Shown one piece after another: positions 1-8,270 of a DNA stretch of 44,240 nucleotides (within the stretch, counting starts at the first letter, position 1; every line of letters starts with the position of its first letter). This DNA is from a virus: the IMG/VR virus record IMGVR_UViG_3300044560_000016. One strand, given 5' to 3'. The position numbers were made by a program, and so were the translations under genes. The notes beneath the pieces are model-generated. The model did no database searches, was not told where the DNA came from, and saw only the letters and a list, made by a program, of their open reading frames with translations.

Positions 1-127
1 CTGGTTTTTTCTTATATGCCATTCAACATAAGTAATTTCCTGATTACAATTTGGTGTCCATCTAAAATCTTGATTAACACGTAGCATTGCAACATTGAAA
101 GTTAAGAAATCTAATTGATTTGAACTT
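1..127. repeat. Terminal direct repeat, left copy (identical to 44114-44240); circular-assembly overlap
   Basis: ctggttttttcttatatgcc...atctaattgatttgaactt read identically at both ends. Confidence 0.95.
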
Positions 128-234
128 TTTAATTGATGTTCAATTATATCTACAGTTTCTTCTACATAAATTTGAATGATTTCCATTCCCATGCTTACAA
201 AGATTTTAGAGTGTGGCCGATTCTCAACATTCAT
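1..234 (-). CDS. Hypothetical protein, N-terminal part of a 103-aa ORF that wraps the circular junction (ATG at 234; continues as 44240..44036)
   Basis: Manual translation MNVENRPHSKIF...HIRKNQ reads across the 127-bp overlap into VRGFLKRLSPKKAAHLNAEGWYEGE*. Confidence 0.5.
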   Translation of the reverse strand, partial: MNVENRPHSKIFVSMGMEIIQIYVEETVDIIEHQLKSSNQLDFLTFNVAMLRVNQDFRWTPNCNQEITYVEWHIRKNQ

Positions 235-251
235 TTTCTACACTCTTTCTT

Positions 252-842
252 TTAGTCAAATGGCAAATCCTTATCAGTAATTTCTTCAGGATCCTTAGCA
301 GCCGCAAACGGATCATCTTTAGCATCGACTGCTGCAATCTTAGGTTGCTCTAACTTAGCAAAATCATAATTACGATATGGTCTGTCCGGATCCTTTTTGT
401 TAGGGCTGCTCTTAATTGTTAATTGAAGAGTTTTACCAACATAAGGCATAAAACCATTCTTTAATTCTTCATAAGCTTCAGTTTCATTAGTCATTGCAGT
501 AATGAATGGATCATCTGGCACAGTATAGCCAACCATTGCTCCGATAATCTTAATTGTTTGAATTGAACGGCTTAAAACAAAATCAGGCATTGGTTTTCCT
601 TTAGATGTTGTTTGCGCCAGTGTTGGAGTGATGAATTCAATTCGTCCGGCTTCTTTACCATCAAGAATGGTCATATCAAAACGGATATAATCTGTATTTG
701 AGTTTTTCCAAACTCCGTGAGTTACTGAGCTCATTGAAACGTTATAAGTTCCATCAGGAATAGCGTTGTTTTCTTCAACTTTTCCCTTGTTTGGGTCAAA
801 ATCACCGTTGTTCAAATTCTTTAAAATATCTGTCATGCTCAT
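252..842 (-). CDS. DUF669-like phage protein (recombination/replication module)
   Basis: 196-aa ORF immediately downstream of the AAA_24-type ATPase. The N-terminal IPDGTYNV...DYIRFDMTILDG pattern is typical of DUF669. Confidence 0.5.
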   Translation of the reverse strand: MSMTDILKNLNNGDFDPNKGKVEENNAIPDGTYNVSMSSVTHGVWKNSNTDYIRFDMTILDGKEAGRIEFITPTLAQTTSKGKPMPDFVLSRSIQTIKIIGAMVGYTVPDDPFITAMTNETEAYEELKNGFMPYVGKTLQLTIKSSPNKKDPDRPYRNYDFAKLEQPKIAAVDAKDDPFAAAKDPEEITDKDLPFD

Positions 843-844
843 AA

Positions 845-1579
845 TTATTTAGTCTCCTTCTTTTCTACATTCTTAGTTTGTGGCTTAGGTGGGAACATGC
901 CGTGGCAAGATTCAAGTAACTGTAAAATTCGCTTATTAGTTACGTTTTCGGGTTCGTATGCACTTCTTCGATCAATCACACTGCGATAGTAGCTATTAGG
1001 TCCTAGTTTCTGAGTTCTAATTACTAAATCACAGTTTCCGTTGACAATGTTGTAATACTTATCTTTCAAAGCTGGTTTTGATTCAGTTACGTTTGAATTA
1101 TCGTCGATCACATCAATTTCACGACTGATAAAAATTACATTCATTGGTAGAGCCTTCAAATTCATTACAAATGTTTGAAGTACTACGTTTAGTTCTCCAT
1201 AACCTTTGCCCCACTCAATATCACCAATGGTTTTAACCCCATGCTCTAGTGCGATTGCTTGTTCCATCATTACGCAAATATCTTCAATAACATCAATGAT
1301 GATTGTTTGATAGGTATGTTGCTGAGTTTGCAAAGCAACAATGATATCATCAAGCTGCTTAATTACTGATTGCTTCAAACCACCATTAGCATCACGAATG
1401 TTTCTAATCTGAATTGATGGAGCTGAACCCTGTTCACTGTTACCATCAGTGTTCAAGACTAGTGGATGTGGGAAGAAACTTGCAAAATAAGATTTTCCTG
1501 ACATAGTTTTTCCATAAATAAAGAAATTATGGGGCTGGGTTTTAGGCTTTAATTTTTCATCTTTAGGTAAATTAATCAT
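845..1579 (-). CDS. AAA_24 / Sak4-like RecA-fold ATPase
   Basis: Walker A YGKTMSGKS near the N-terminus, Walker B-like IIIDVIED; the pairing with DUF669 is conserved in phages. Confidence 0.65.
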   Translation of the reverse strand: MINLPKDEKLKPKTQPHNFFIYGKTMSGKSYFASFFPHPLVLNTDGNSEQGSAPSIQIRNIRDANGGLKQSVIKQLDDIIVALQTQQHTYQTIIIDVIEDICVMMEQAIALEHGVKTIGDIEWGKGYGELNVVLQTFVMNLKALPMNVIFISREIDVIDDNSNVTESKPALKDKYYNIVNGNCDLVIRTQKLGPNSYYRSVIDRRSAYEPENVTNKRILQLLESCHGMFPPKPQTKNVEKKETK

Positions 1580-1581
1580 TT

Positions 1582-1962
1582 TTAATTCCTTTCTTCAAAT
1601 AACTGTTTAATATCGTTTAGATTGTTAAAGATACTGGCAGTAATTTTATCTACATGTTTTTCAATATTTTGTTGTTTATATTGATCAAATTCAGGAATCA
1701 ATTCTTTCATGATTTTTTCAAATGTTTTTTTTCCTTCATCCGGTGACTCAAAATCTGTACAAAATTTAAGTTGATTACCGTGATATTCTAAGCATTTATT
1801 AATTTTAGTCGGATAAAATGACTTACTAAGTTTAACTGCAATATTGCCAAAACCATTTTTAACAAAAGCAACTGCTAAATTTTGTAAATCATTTTCATAA
1901 CGTTTTACTGCTTCAATATGAATTAATTTTTCTAATTGTGTCTTATCTTTTTCTTCACTCAT
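1582..1962 (-). CDS. Hypothetical protein
   Basis: 126-aa ORF, translationally coupled (overlap) to the helicase gene. Confidence 0.5.
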   Translation of the reverse strand: MSEEKDKTQLEKLIHIEAVKRYENDLQNLAVAFVKNGFGNIAVKLSKSFYPTKINKCLEYHGNQLKFCTDFESPDEGKKTFEKIMKELIPEFDQYKQQNIEKHVDKITASIFNNLNDIKQLFEERN

Positions 1963-3230
1963 TTTCTAATCAATCCTTTTCTTTTAGCTGTGAAATATAC
2001 CCATCCATTTTTATATCCATGTATTTTTGCATAGGCCTGAAGTTCAGCCATGGTACGTAATTCCCCAACCTTTTTATTAATCACGTTTTGATAAACATTA
2101 TCGTGTAATATCTTTTTAACTAACTGTTTTCTCGCTTTAGTTGCTTCAACTAAATCAACATCACTTACTGGTTTAGCTTCATGAACTTTGATTGGCTTGC
2201 CACATATTGGACACTTACCGTCTTTAACTTCACTAGCTTTCACTACTGCAAAACAATAATCACAAGTAATAATTGAAAGCCCTGGATCAGTTAATAAATT
2301 TTTGCTTTTCTGCTTGCCTGATTTGATGGCTTGTTTCCAATCGCGATCATCATCAGGATAACCAAACGTTTTAAAATTATTAGCATGATCAATAATGATG
2401 GCTGTTTTTCCAGGTCTAGGATTAAGGCACCTCATTGAGAATTGTAGATATAATGCAAGTGATGCCGTAGGACGTGCCATAATCACACAATCAACATTTG
2501 GCAAATCGACACCTTCAGTAAACAAGTTGACATTTACCAGAATCTGTAACTCCTGGCTGCGGAACTTATCTACAATAAGATCTCTTAAATCCTGTGGTGT
2601 TGTCCCATCAACTTCACGAGCTGATATTCCAGCATCATTAAACTCTGCAGCTATCTTATGAGCTGAATCAACCGAATAGGTATAAACTACTGCCTTCATT
2701 CCTGAAGCAATTCTTTTGTATTGCTTAACAATATGACCAAAGATTCTAGTACTCATAGCCTCTTGCATAGATTCATTAGTAAAGTCCCCAGTACTTCCAC
2801 GTTTTAATAATTTAGAATCAAAATCATTAGGTGGTTGAAAATATCTAAACGGTGCTAGAAATCCTTTATCAGTTAATTCATGAATTGATTGGCCAACAAT
2901 AATATCATCAGCTATCTGATCAAGCTGCATTCTTCCAGTTCGATGTGGTGTAGCAGTAAACAATAAAACTATAGCTTTAGGAAATTTATTTAGAATCCTC
3001 TGATAACTCTTAGCTAAAGCATGGTGAGCTTCATCAACTAAAATCACATTAGGAACTGCCAATTTATCAACTCTTCTAGTTAGTGTTTGAACCATTCCGG
3101 CAGTTAATAAGTTAGGATTTACACCTTGTTCTTTAAACGTCTTAACTGCCTGATCCAGTACTTCTTTACGATGAATCAAGAACATTACACGGTTATTATT
3201 TTTAGTAGTTCTTCTGGCAATTTCCGCCAT
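1959..3230 (-). CDS. Superfamily-2 DEAD/DEAH helicase, main body (Walker A is on a separate upstream frame, see 3202..3348)
   Basis: VDEAHH (motif II), FTATP (motif III), C-terminal helicase lobe, CDYC...CPIC zinc ribbon. Confidence 0.75.
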   Translation of the reverse strand: MAEIARRTTKNNNRVMFLIHRKEVLDQAVKTFKEQGVNPNLLTAGMVQTLTRRVDKLAVPNVILVDEAHHALAKSYQRILNKFPKAIVLLFTATPHRTGRMQLDQIADDIIVGQSIHELTDKGFLAPFRYFQPPNDFDSKLLKRGSTGDFTNESMQEAMSTRIFGHIVKQYKRIASGMKAVVYTYSVDSAHKIAAEFNDAGISAREVDGTTPQDLRDLIVDKFRSQELQILVNVNLFTEGVDLPNVDCVIMARPTASLALYLQFSMRCLNPRPGKTAIIIDHANNFKTFGYPDDDRDWKQAIKSGKQKSKNLLTDPGLSIITCDYCFAVVKASEVKDGKCPICGKPIKVHEAKPVSDVDLVEATKARKQLVKKILHDNVYQNVINKKVGELRTMAELQAYAKIHGYKNGWVYFTAKRKGLIRK

Positions 3231-3348
3231 TACTCACCGTTTTTCCTGTTCTTGGTGGGCTTTGAACGATAATCACACGATGGTGATTTTTCATGGAATC
3301 AACAATCTTATTAATTAATTCATTTTGATAAGGCCTTAAATCATACAT
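3202..3348 (-). pseudogene. N-terminal helicase fragment carrying the P-loop, out of frame with 1959..3230
   Basis: Manual translation MYDLRPYQNELINKIVDSMKNHHRVIIVQSPPRTGKTV then off-frame SNGGNCQKNY*. Removing one base in acggtgAgtaatg would give GKTVVMAEIARR. Confidence 0.6.
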
Positions 3349-3872
3349 TAATTTTTCTCCTTAAGTTGATTTAAGATGTACAGCTGTTGCTTACTTGATC
3401 TTTCATCTGACTGCTGAAATTTTGTTTTAAAAAATTCCATAAATTCTTTTTGCTCATTTGTCAAAAGCTTAATGCTTTTTTCTAATGAACTAATTTTTTC
3501 AAGTAATAACTCTGTAGAATAATCTTTTGCTGAAACATTATTATTAATAATGGTTGATTGATCATTAGATGATCTAATTGGATTATGATTTATATTTAAA
3601 TCATGATGTGCTTTTATCATGTCAGCAGTGGGATAATAATTAATCAATTTTGATGGATTGCAATGAAAATAATTGGCTAATTCTTCTCTCTTTTCTTTAC
3701 TAATTAACGCACGATAAGTACAGTATTTTCTTAAAGTATCTCTCCCCCAATTCAAATCAAGGCTAACTTTTGATTGACTAATTCCTAAGGAATCCAATAA
3801 CTGTTCTACAAATTTAGTATTAATGTAAACATTAGGAGAATCTATCGAATATTTACGAACAGGTCTACTCAT
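3348..3872 (-). CDS. Hypothetical protein, possible HTH DNA-binding N-terminus
   Basis: 174-aa ORF; its TAA overlaps the ATG of the helicase fragment (TAATG). Confidence 0.45.
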   Translation of the reverse strand: MSRPVRKYSIDSPNVYINTKFVEQLLDSLGISQSKVSLDLNWGRDTLRKYCTYRALISKEKREELANYFHCNPSKLINYYPTADMIKAHHDLNINHNPIRSSNDQSTIINNNVSAKDYSTELLLEKISSLEKSIKLLTNEQKEFMEFFKTKFQQSDERSSKQQLYILNQLKEKN

Positions 3873-4098
3873 TTTCTTTTTCCTTCCATAATTTGGCTAC
3901 CATATTGAATGACTGATAGTCTTTTCTTTTAACTGCTCTTTTACCTAAATAACGGAGTTGTGCTTCAAAACTTTCATGGTGCCTGTAAGCTAATCTATAA
4001 GTAATTCTTTTAGCTAAATGCTTATTATCAGCTTTAGCTGCACGATCAAATAATTTAGCTAGTTCCGTATTTGATAAACCTTTAAGACTGATTTTCAT
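3865..4098 (-). CDS. Hypothetical protein
   Basis: 77-aa ORF in an overlapping-gene chain. Confidence 0.45.
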   Translation of the reverse strand: MKISLKGLSNTELAKLFDRAAKADNKHLAKRITYRLAYRHHESFEAQLRYLGKRAVKRKDYQSFNMVAKLWKEKENE

Positions 4099-4478
4099 AA
4101 AACATCTTCAATTTCTTTTAAATCTAACTTGATAGCTTCAATAAAATTTCTAATCCAGGCTGGATTACCTGAATGGCTAATTTCATCAAGCCCAATCTTG
4201 ATATCTTCAACAGCATTTTCGATAACTTCAGATTTTCTTAAGTAGCGATCATGTTCTTGTTCTAACTCTTCTAAGATCCGACTAGCCATTTTGTAATTAG
4301 CATCAATACCATTTTTCTTAGAAGCGAACTTAATTTGCTTTAGTACATCCCGTGGTGGCATTGATGTTAACTTACAAATAATCATAATTTCATCCATAGC
4401 ATGGGTCATGTCGTCTTGTTCTGCAAACTTGCTAAAGCCTTTCATGGCTTCTGTAATATCAATTGAAACTGTAAACAT
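4095..4478 (-). CDS. Hypothetical protein
   Basis: 127-aa ORF, ATGA-type overlaps with both neighbours. Confidence 0.45.
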   Translation of the reverse strand: MFTVSIDITEAMKGFSKFAEQDDMTHAMDEIMIICKLTSMPPRDVLKQIKFASKKNGIDANYKMASRILEELEQEHDRYLRKSEVIENAVEDIKIGLDEISHSGNPAWIRNFIEAIKLDLKEIEDVL

Positions 4479-4972
4479 TATTTAATCACCGTTTTTCTAT
4501 TAGCTTTAAGGTGTGCACCTGTAATTGACTTACCTTTTTTAAGATCTTCATAGATCAATTTTTTGTTAGGCTTAACCACTTCTGAAGTCATAATGTAATC
4601 AATTGGCAATTTCTTAGTATCTTCAACAACTACGGCATCTTTATAGTTACGAGGTTTAAGAATGTGGTTTTCCGTTCTAATTTCTTTTTGTCCACTATCA
4701 TCAATAGCGGTGGTTAAAAATTCCATTAAGTATTTATTTTTGTTCTTATACTTTTTAGCTTCGGCTTCGTATTCTTTAGCCTTTTTAGAATAATAATCTG
4801 CATCCATTTGATTTTCTTCAATCCAACTTGCTACATTATCTAGCTTCTCGTTGCGTTGAACTTCAATACTTTCAAGTGTATCTGCTAAAGCTTCATCACT
4901 AATTTTTCCTTGTTCTGCCTTAGCTTTAACAATTTCAACAGCTCGGTTATATTCAAATACGTTCATCTTCAT
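4478..4972 (-). CDS. Siphovirus Gp157-like protein
   Basis: 164-aa coiled-coil protein (EALADTLESIE...AKEYEAEAKKYKNK) resembling the Gp157 family common in phages of lactic acid bacteria. Confidence 0.5.
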   Translation of the reverse strand: MKMNVFEYNRAVEIVKAKAEQGKISDEALADTLESIEVQRNEKLDNVASWIEENQMDADYYSKKAKEYEAEAKKYKNKNKYLMEFLTTAIDDSGQKEIRTENHILKPRNYKDAVVVEDTKKLPIDYIMTSEVVKPNKKLIYEDLKKGKSITGAHLKANRKTVIK

Positions 4973-4983
4973 TACTCTTTCTA

Positions 4984-5079
4984 CTAACCGTTGGCGCGGC
5001 TAGGTCTTTTCTTTTTCCCATCACTGATGCACTCAGTAGTAGCCCATAACTTTTCTTGTGTTTTCTTACTTAATTTCAT
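4984..5079 (-). CDS. Small basic hypothetical protein (31 aa)
   Basis: Manual ORF MKLSKKTQEKLWATTECISDGKKKRPSRANG* preceded by AAAGGAG. Confidence 0.3.
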   Translation of the reverse strand: MKLSKKTQEKLWATTECISDGKKKRPSRANG

Positions 5080-5090
5080 TTTTTGCTCCT

Positions 5091-5273
5091 TTAAGAAATC
5101 CATTGAAATATAGCGTCCCAAAAGCCATAAGATAAAAGGCTTAAAGCTAGGATTGTTACCCCGATAAATAAATTTAAAAATTTATCATCGGAATTATTTT
5201 TGTGAATTGGTTTATTGAATTCTCTATAGAAATTTTTATTTTGCATTCCAATCAATTTCCTTTCTATGCTCAT
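5091..5273 (-). CDS. Small membrane protein
   Basis: 60-aa ORF with a C-terminal hydrophobic helix LNLFIGVTILALSLLSYGFW. Confidence 0.4.
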   Translation of the reverse strand: MSIERKLIGMQNKNFYREFNKPIHKNNSDDKFLNLFIGVTILALSLLSYGFWDAIFQWIS

Positions 5274-5535
5274 TCATCCAAATAGCAGCTGGATACTCGA
5301 AAATTGTCATCTTACCGCCTCTGCCTGGATGAATATTGCTACACCAATCCGGTTGAAATGGATAAAGAATATTTCTTTTTACCCATGCTGAACCATGTGG
5401 CTTAGCGTATTTCTTAGCAAATTCATCAATACTGATTGTTCTTCCTACTATTTGTTCTTCAGGAACATAGCCACGTTTCTTCATTAAAGAATCAAGTACT
5501 TGTTCTAATGAAGAATCTTCAATTGCTAGTTGCAT
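5236..5535 (-). CDS. DUF771-like DNA-binding protein (possible excisionase)
   Basis: 99-aa ORF at the start of the early leftward operon; resembles the DUF771 family of LAB phages. The function is inferred. Confidence 0.4.
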   Translation of the reverse strand: MQLAIEDSSLEQVLDSLMKKRGYVPEEQIVGRTISIDEFAKKYAKPHGSAWVKRNILYPFQPDWCSNIHPGRGGKMTIFEYPAAIWMNEHRKEIDWNAK

Positions 5536-5589
5536 GGTGAATCACTCCCAACATTTGATAAAATTAATTTTGAGAAAGAAGGCATTAAT

Positions 5590-5943
5590 ATGATTGAAAC
5601 CATACGCGCTGAACGTGTTCTTTTAAAGAAGTTAGTCAAATATAAGTTGATAAATCATAATGATCCAATAATTACTAAAGACCCTTATTTGATCAAAGAT
5701 CTTGTAGATAAAGGATTAGTTCAAATTTATCCAGTAAATAAAGTTAAGAATCACATAACTAATATGGTTGATTTTAATTATTCTCTATCACCGGAAGGTG
5801 AGCATTATTTTCAAGAACGACATGAACAATTTAGAAAATTTCTTCTTAGAAGTGTTCTAGTGCCTATAATTGTTTCAGTTATAACTACCCTCTTAACAAC
5901 TCAACTAATTCCATTTATCTTGCATACAATGCTGCCAAAGTGA
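5590..5943 (+). CDS. Plus-strand accessory (moron-like) protein with a C-terminal transmembrane segment
   Basis: ATG at 5590 after GAAAGAAGG; VLVPIIVSVITTLLTTQLIPFIL hydrophobic tail; opposite orientation to the surrounding early genes. Confidence 0.5.
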   Translation: MIETIRAERVLLKKLVKYKLINHNDPIITKDPYLIKDLVDKGLVQIYPVNKVKNHITNMVDFNYSLSPEGEHYFQERHEQFRKFLLRSVLVPIIVSVITTLLTTQLIPFILHTMLPK

Positions 5944-6061
5944 GCAATGTGGTAACTAAACTAACAACAAATGGAATTAGGTAATCACCAATTACTTTTC
6001 GATCAAACTGTTCAACTTTTTTATCTATGTCATCATTTGATGGCTTTTTTTGTTTAACCAT
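5915..6061 (-). CDS. Small membrane protein (48 aa)
   Basis: Manual ORF MVKQKKPSNDDIDKK...YLIPFVVSLVTTLLTLAALYAR*, GGAGTGAT Shine-Dalgarno sequence; 3' end overlaps 5590..5943 convergently. Confidence 0.35.
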   Translation of the reverse strand: MVKQKKPSNDDIDKKVEQFDRKVIGDYLIPFVVSLVTTLLTLAALYAR

Positions 6062-6120
6062 GTTGATCACTCCTAACATTTGATAAACTTAAATCATCTA
6101 ATAAATATGGAGATGATTTT

Positions 6121-6351
6121 ATGAAATATGGACATTCTCAAGAAGAATTAGACTGGCTAGAAAAAGGCGATTTTTTACTTTTAAAAACGTCTTATAACAA
6201 AGCTATTTCTGAACAGAAAAAATCATTTAAAATACCAATTTCTGGCTTTGATGGAAGCCCCGAATATATGTATCACTTACAGAAGTTTGCTATCACCAAA
6301 GGTTTAACTTATGAAAGCGATAGTACACACTTTATATTTCATATTTCTTAA
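6121..6351 (+). CDS. Plus-strand accessory hypothetical protein
   Basis: 76-aa ORF after GGAGA, with its own TGATAAACT extended -10-like element. Confidence 0.45.
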   Translation: MKYGHSQEELDWLEKGDFLLLKTSYNKAISEQKKSFKIPISGFDGSPEYMYHLQKFAITKGLTYESDSTHFIFHIS

Positions 6352-6634
6352 GCAGCATTAGAGCAAAATTACCAGACTTCAAAAATTCTTCTGCATCTAT
6401 AATTAGCTCTATAGTTAAAGCATCAGGATTTAAACCATTTGATAGATCATGAATCATATTTACATAAATAATTCCTTTATAAGTTGATCCATTTATCGAA
6501 AAGGTTTTAGCTGCTCTATATGCTGCTAGACAAAATGTGAAATCTAAATCTTTTATTTGCAGTATTCGCCAATCTTTTTGCGGATATTGCTTTTTTAGTG
6601 TGGAAAACTTTTCTTTTAGATTTTCATCTTGCAT
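6332..6634 (-). CDS. Hypothetical protein
   Basis: 100-aa ORF downstream of the antirepressor. Confidence 0.45.
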   Translation of the reverse strand: MQDENLKEKFSTLKKQYPQKDWRILQIKDLDFTFCLAAYRAAKTFSINGSTYKGIIYVNMIHDLSNGLNPDALTIELIIDAEEFLKSGNFALMLLKKYEI

Positions 6635-6648
6635 TTAAATCACCTCAT

Positions 6649-7431
6649 CTATGCTTCAATTTCTAAAGCTAATTGACTAGGCTCTGAATTTAAAAATCTA
6701 TTGATGAAGTATTGTTGACCTTTACCAGTTACCTTGGTAGTAACGGTAATTCTTGTGCTACCATCAGGATTATTAACAGTCCGCTCTCTTACCTTAAATA
6801 AGCCTAAATTCATTGCTTTTTGTGTTGGTTGATTGTATCTAATTCCCTTAGCACACAAGTAATGATGTTCCCTTAACCATTTGAATAATCTGTTTTGACC
6901 AGTGTTATAACCGTTTTGCTTTAGAATCTTAGCTAACTGTCCAATCAAGATATCGTTTTTACTGGTAGCAACTGCATCAGCAAATAGTGCTTTTGGCTTC
7001 ATTTTCTCAATTTGAATATCTTTTTGCTTTAATTGGTCTGCTGCTTGTTGAAGTAAATCAGCCAATCCGTTTTTGTTGTTGACAACATCAAACGCTTTTT
7101 CATCGGTCATATAGGCACCGTGTTTACGAATTGCCGGCAGAACCTCACTAGTTACCCAACGCTTGAATCGTTTTGCATTTGGCATCTTGCTTGAAAGAAT
7201 CAAACTGTATAATCCTGATTCATTAATGATAAGTTGCTCTCTCATTTGACCTGCGGTCCTAATTTGGGACTTTAGCTTATCTTCATCGTCAACATGAGCG
7301 TTGATATCTCTTGCTCCATGTGTATACCCAAGAATATTTGCCACATCTTTTCCTACGAAGTAAGGTTCTTCATTAATTTTCAAAGTTCTTACTTCATTTC
7401 CTTCAAAATCGAATGGCTGTAAATTGTTCAT
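6649..7431 (-). CDS. ant: Phage antirepressor (Bro-N domain plus KilAC/ANT-type C-terminal domain)
   Basis: N-terminal FDFEGNEVRTLKINEEPYFVGKDVANILGY Bro-N signature; position directly after the cro-like gene. Confidence 0.8.
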   Translation of the reverse strand: MNNLQPFDFEGNEVRTLKINEEPYFVGKDVANILGYTHGARDINAHVDDEDKLKSQIRTAGQMREQLIINESGLYSLILSSKMPNAKRFKRWVTSEVLPAIRKHGAYMTDEKAFDVVNNKNGLADLLQQAADQLKQKDIQIEKMKPKALFADAVATSKNDILIGQLAKILKQNGYNTGQNRLFKWLREHHYLCAKGIRYNQPTQKAMNLGLFKVRERTVNNPDGSTRITVTTKVTGKGQQYFINRFLNSEPSQLALEIEA

Positions 7432-7461
7432 TTACTTTTCCTCCTTATCTTCTCTAGCTTC

Positions 7462-7650
7462 TTAGATTTTGAAATCACGAATGACTTTAAGAACAAATTG
7501 ATTAGCTGCAGGATTCGTTTTACGTCCTGATAAGTAATCACTTACTTCTTGCTTAGTCATTCCATACATTTTGGCTAAGTCAGTAGACTTAATATCATTT
7601 TCTTGAAGAAAATTTTTAACTAGTTCTCTTCCTGGAAATGTTGATGGCAT
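7462..7650 (-). CDS. Cro-like XRE-family HTH regulator
   Basis: ATG at 7650 after GGAGGTGA; HTH DLAKMYGMTKQEVSDYLSG; divergent from the cI-like gene. Confidence 0.7.
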   Translation of the reverse strand: MPSTFPGRELVKNFLQENDIKSTDLAKMYGMTKQEVSDYLSGRKTNPAANQFVLKVIRDFKI

Positions 7651-7713
7651 TAAATTCACCTCCATACTGTTTTTATAAGTAAGTAGAAAAGTAATAAAAT
7701 TTCATTGACTTTT

Positions 7714-7729
7714 TTATACAATCGCATAA
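7714..7729. promoter_or_regulatory. Operator-like inverted repeat ttatacaatcgcataa
   Basis: 5 of 6 symmetric half-sites. Confidence 0.45.
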
Positions 7730-7862
7730 ACTTAAGGTATAAGAAATAAGCGTTAACAAGCCTCTCACCGCTCTGTTTAACTGATTTCTTTATGACTTTT
7801 TTTATTACTATGTAACTTACAAAAATAATATTACTACGTTTCGTATAAAAATCAAGCATATT

Positions 7863-7878
7863 TTATACTTTCGTATAA
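7863..7878. promoter_or_regulatory. Operator-like perfect inverted repeat ttatactttcgtataa overlapping a TATAAT box
   Basis: ttatac/gtataa are exact reverse complements. Confidence 0.5.
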
Positions 7879-7910
7879 TTTATTTTTGCTTTTTTTGGGG
7901 AAACGTTATT

Positions 7911-8270
7911 ATGTCAGTATTTGAGAGAATCAAAAAACTTTCTGATAAACGTGGAATTAGTTTGCAGAAAGTAGCAGAAGATAATGATTTCAGTTCAAAT
8001 CTTATTTATAGATGGAAAAAATCTGATCCTAAAGGAAAAGACTTAGCCAAAATAGCAAATTACTTTCATGTAACTACTGATTATATTTTAGGTCTAACTG
8101 ATGATCCTAGTGTTCCAGATTCTCCTGAAAGAAAATTAACATGGCGCGATCTAGGTCAGAACTATGGTGGTGATGACCTAGTACCAGATGAGTTTCAAAC
8201 CATGATTGATTCTTTAGCTGAAGGTTACTTTAAAGCACATCCGGAGTTGAAGCATAAAAATGACGAATGA
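7911..8270 (+). CDS. cI-like XRE-family repressor
   Basis: HTH ISLQKVAEDNDFSSNLIYRWKK; paired with a downstream ImmA-type peptidase. Confidence 0.8.
   Translation: MSVFERIKKLSDKRGISLQKVAEDNDFSSNLIYRWKKSDPKGKDLAKIANYFHVTTDYILGLTDDPSVPDSPERKLTWRDLGQNYGGDDLVPDEFQTMIDSLAEGYFKAHPELKHKNDE

Larger units (their letters stand above)
7651..7910. promoter_or_regulatory. Genetic-switch intergenic region with operator-like inverted repeats and divergent promoters
   Basis: TTATAC-N4-GYATAA sites at 7714-7729 and 7863-7878, a weaker one at 7673-7688; tttcgtataa direct repeat at 7839 and 7869; TATAAT at 7874-7879. Confidence 0.6.

Noticed and set aside
2395-2661. 88-aa plus-strand ORF inside the helicase gene
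   Set aside because: It is antisense to a motif-bearing helicase ORF and has no ribosome-binding site.
3228-3240. GTGAGT at the helicase frameshift site as a splice or intron signal
   Set aside because: It is a coincidental hexamer. No intron-like structure or length is present, and the two frames are offset by a single base.
7656-7859. 67-aa minus-strand ORF in the cI/cro intergenic region
   Set aside because: It overlaps the operators and promoters and the true cro-like start. It has an AT-rich, low-complexity product and no ribosome-binding site.
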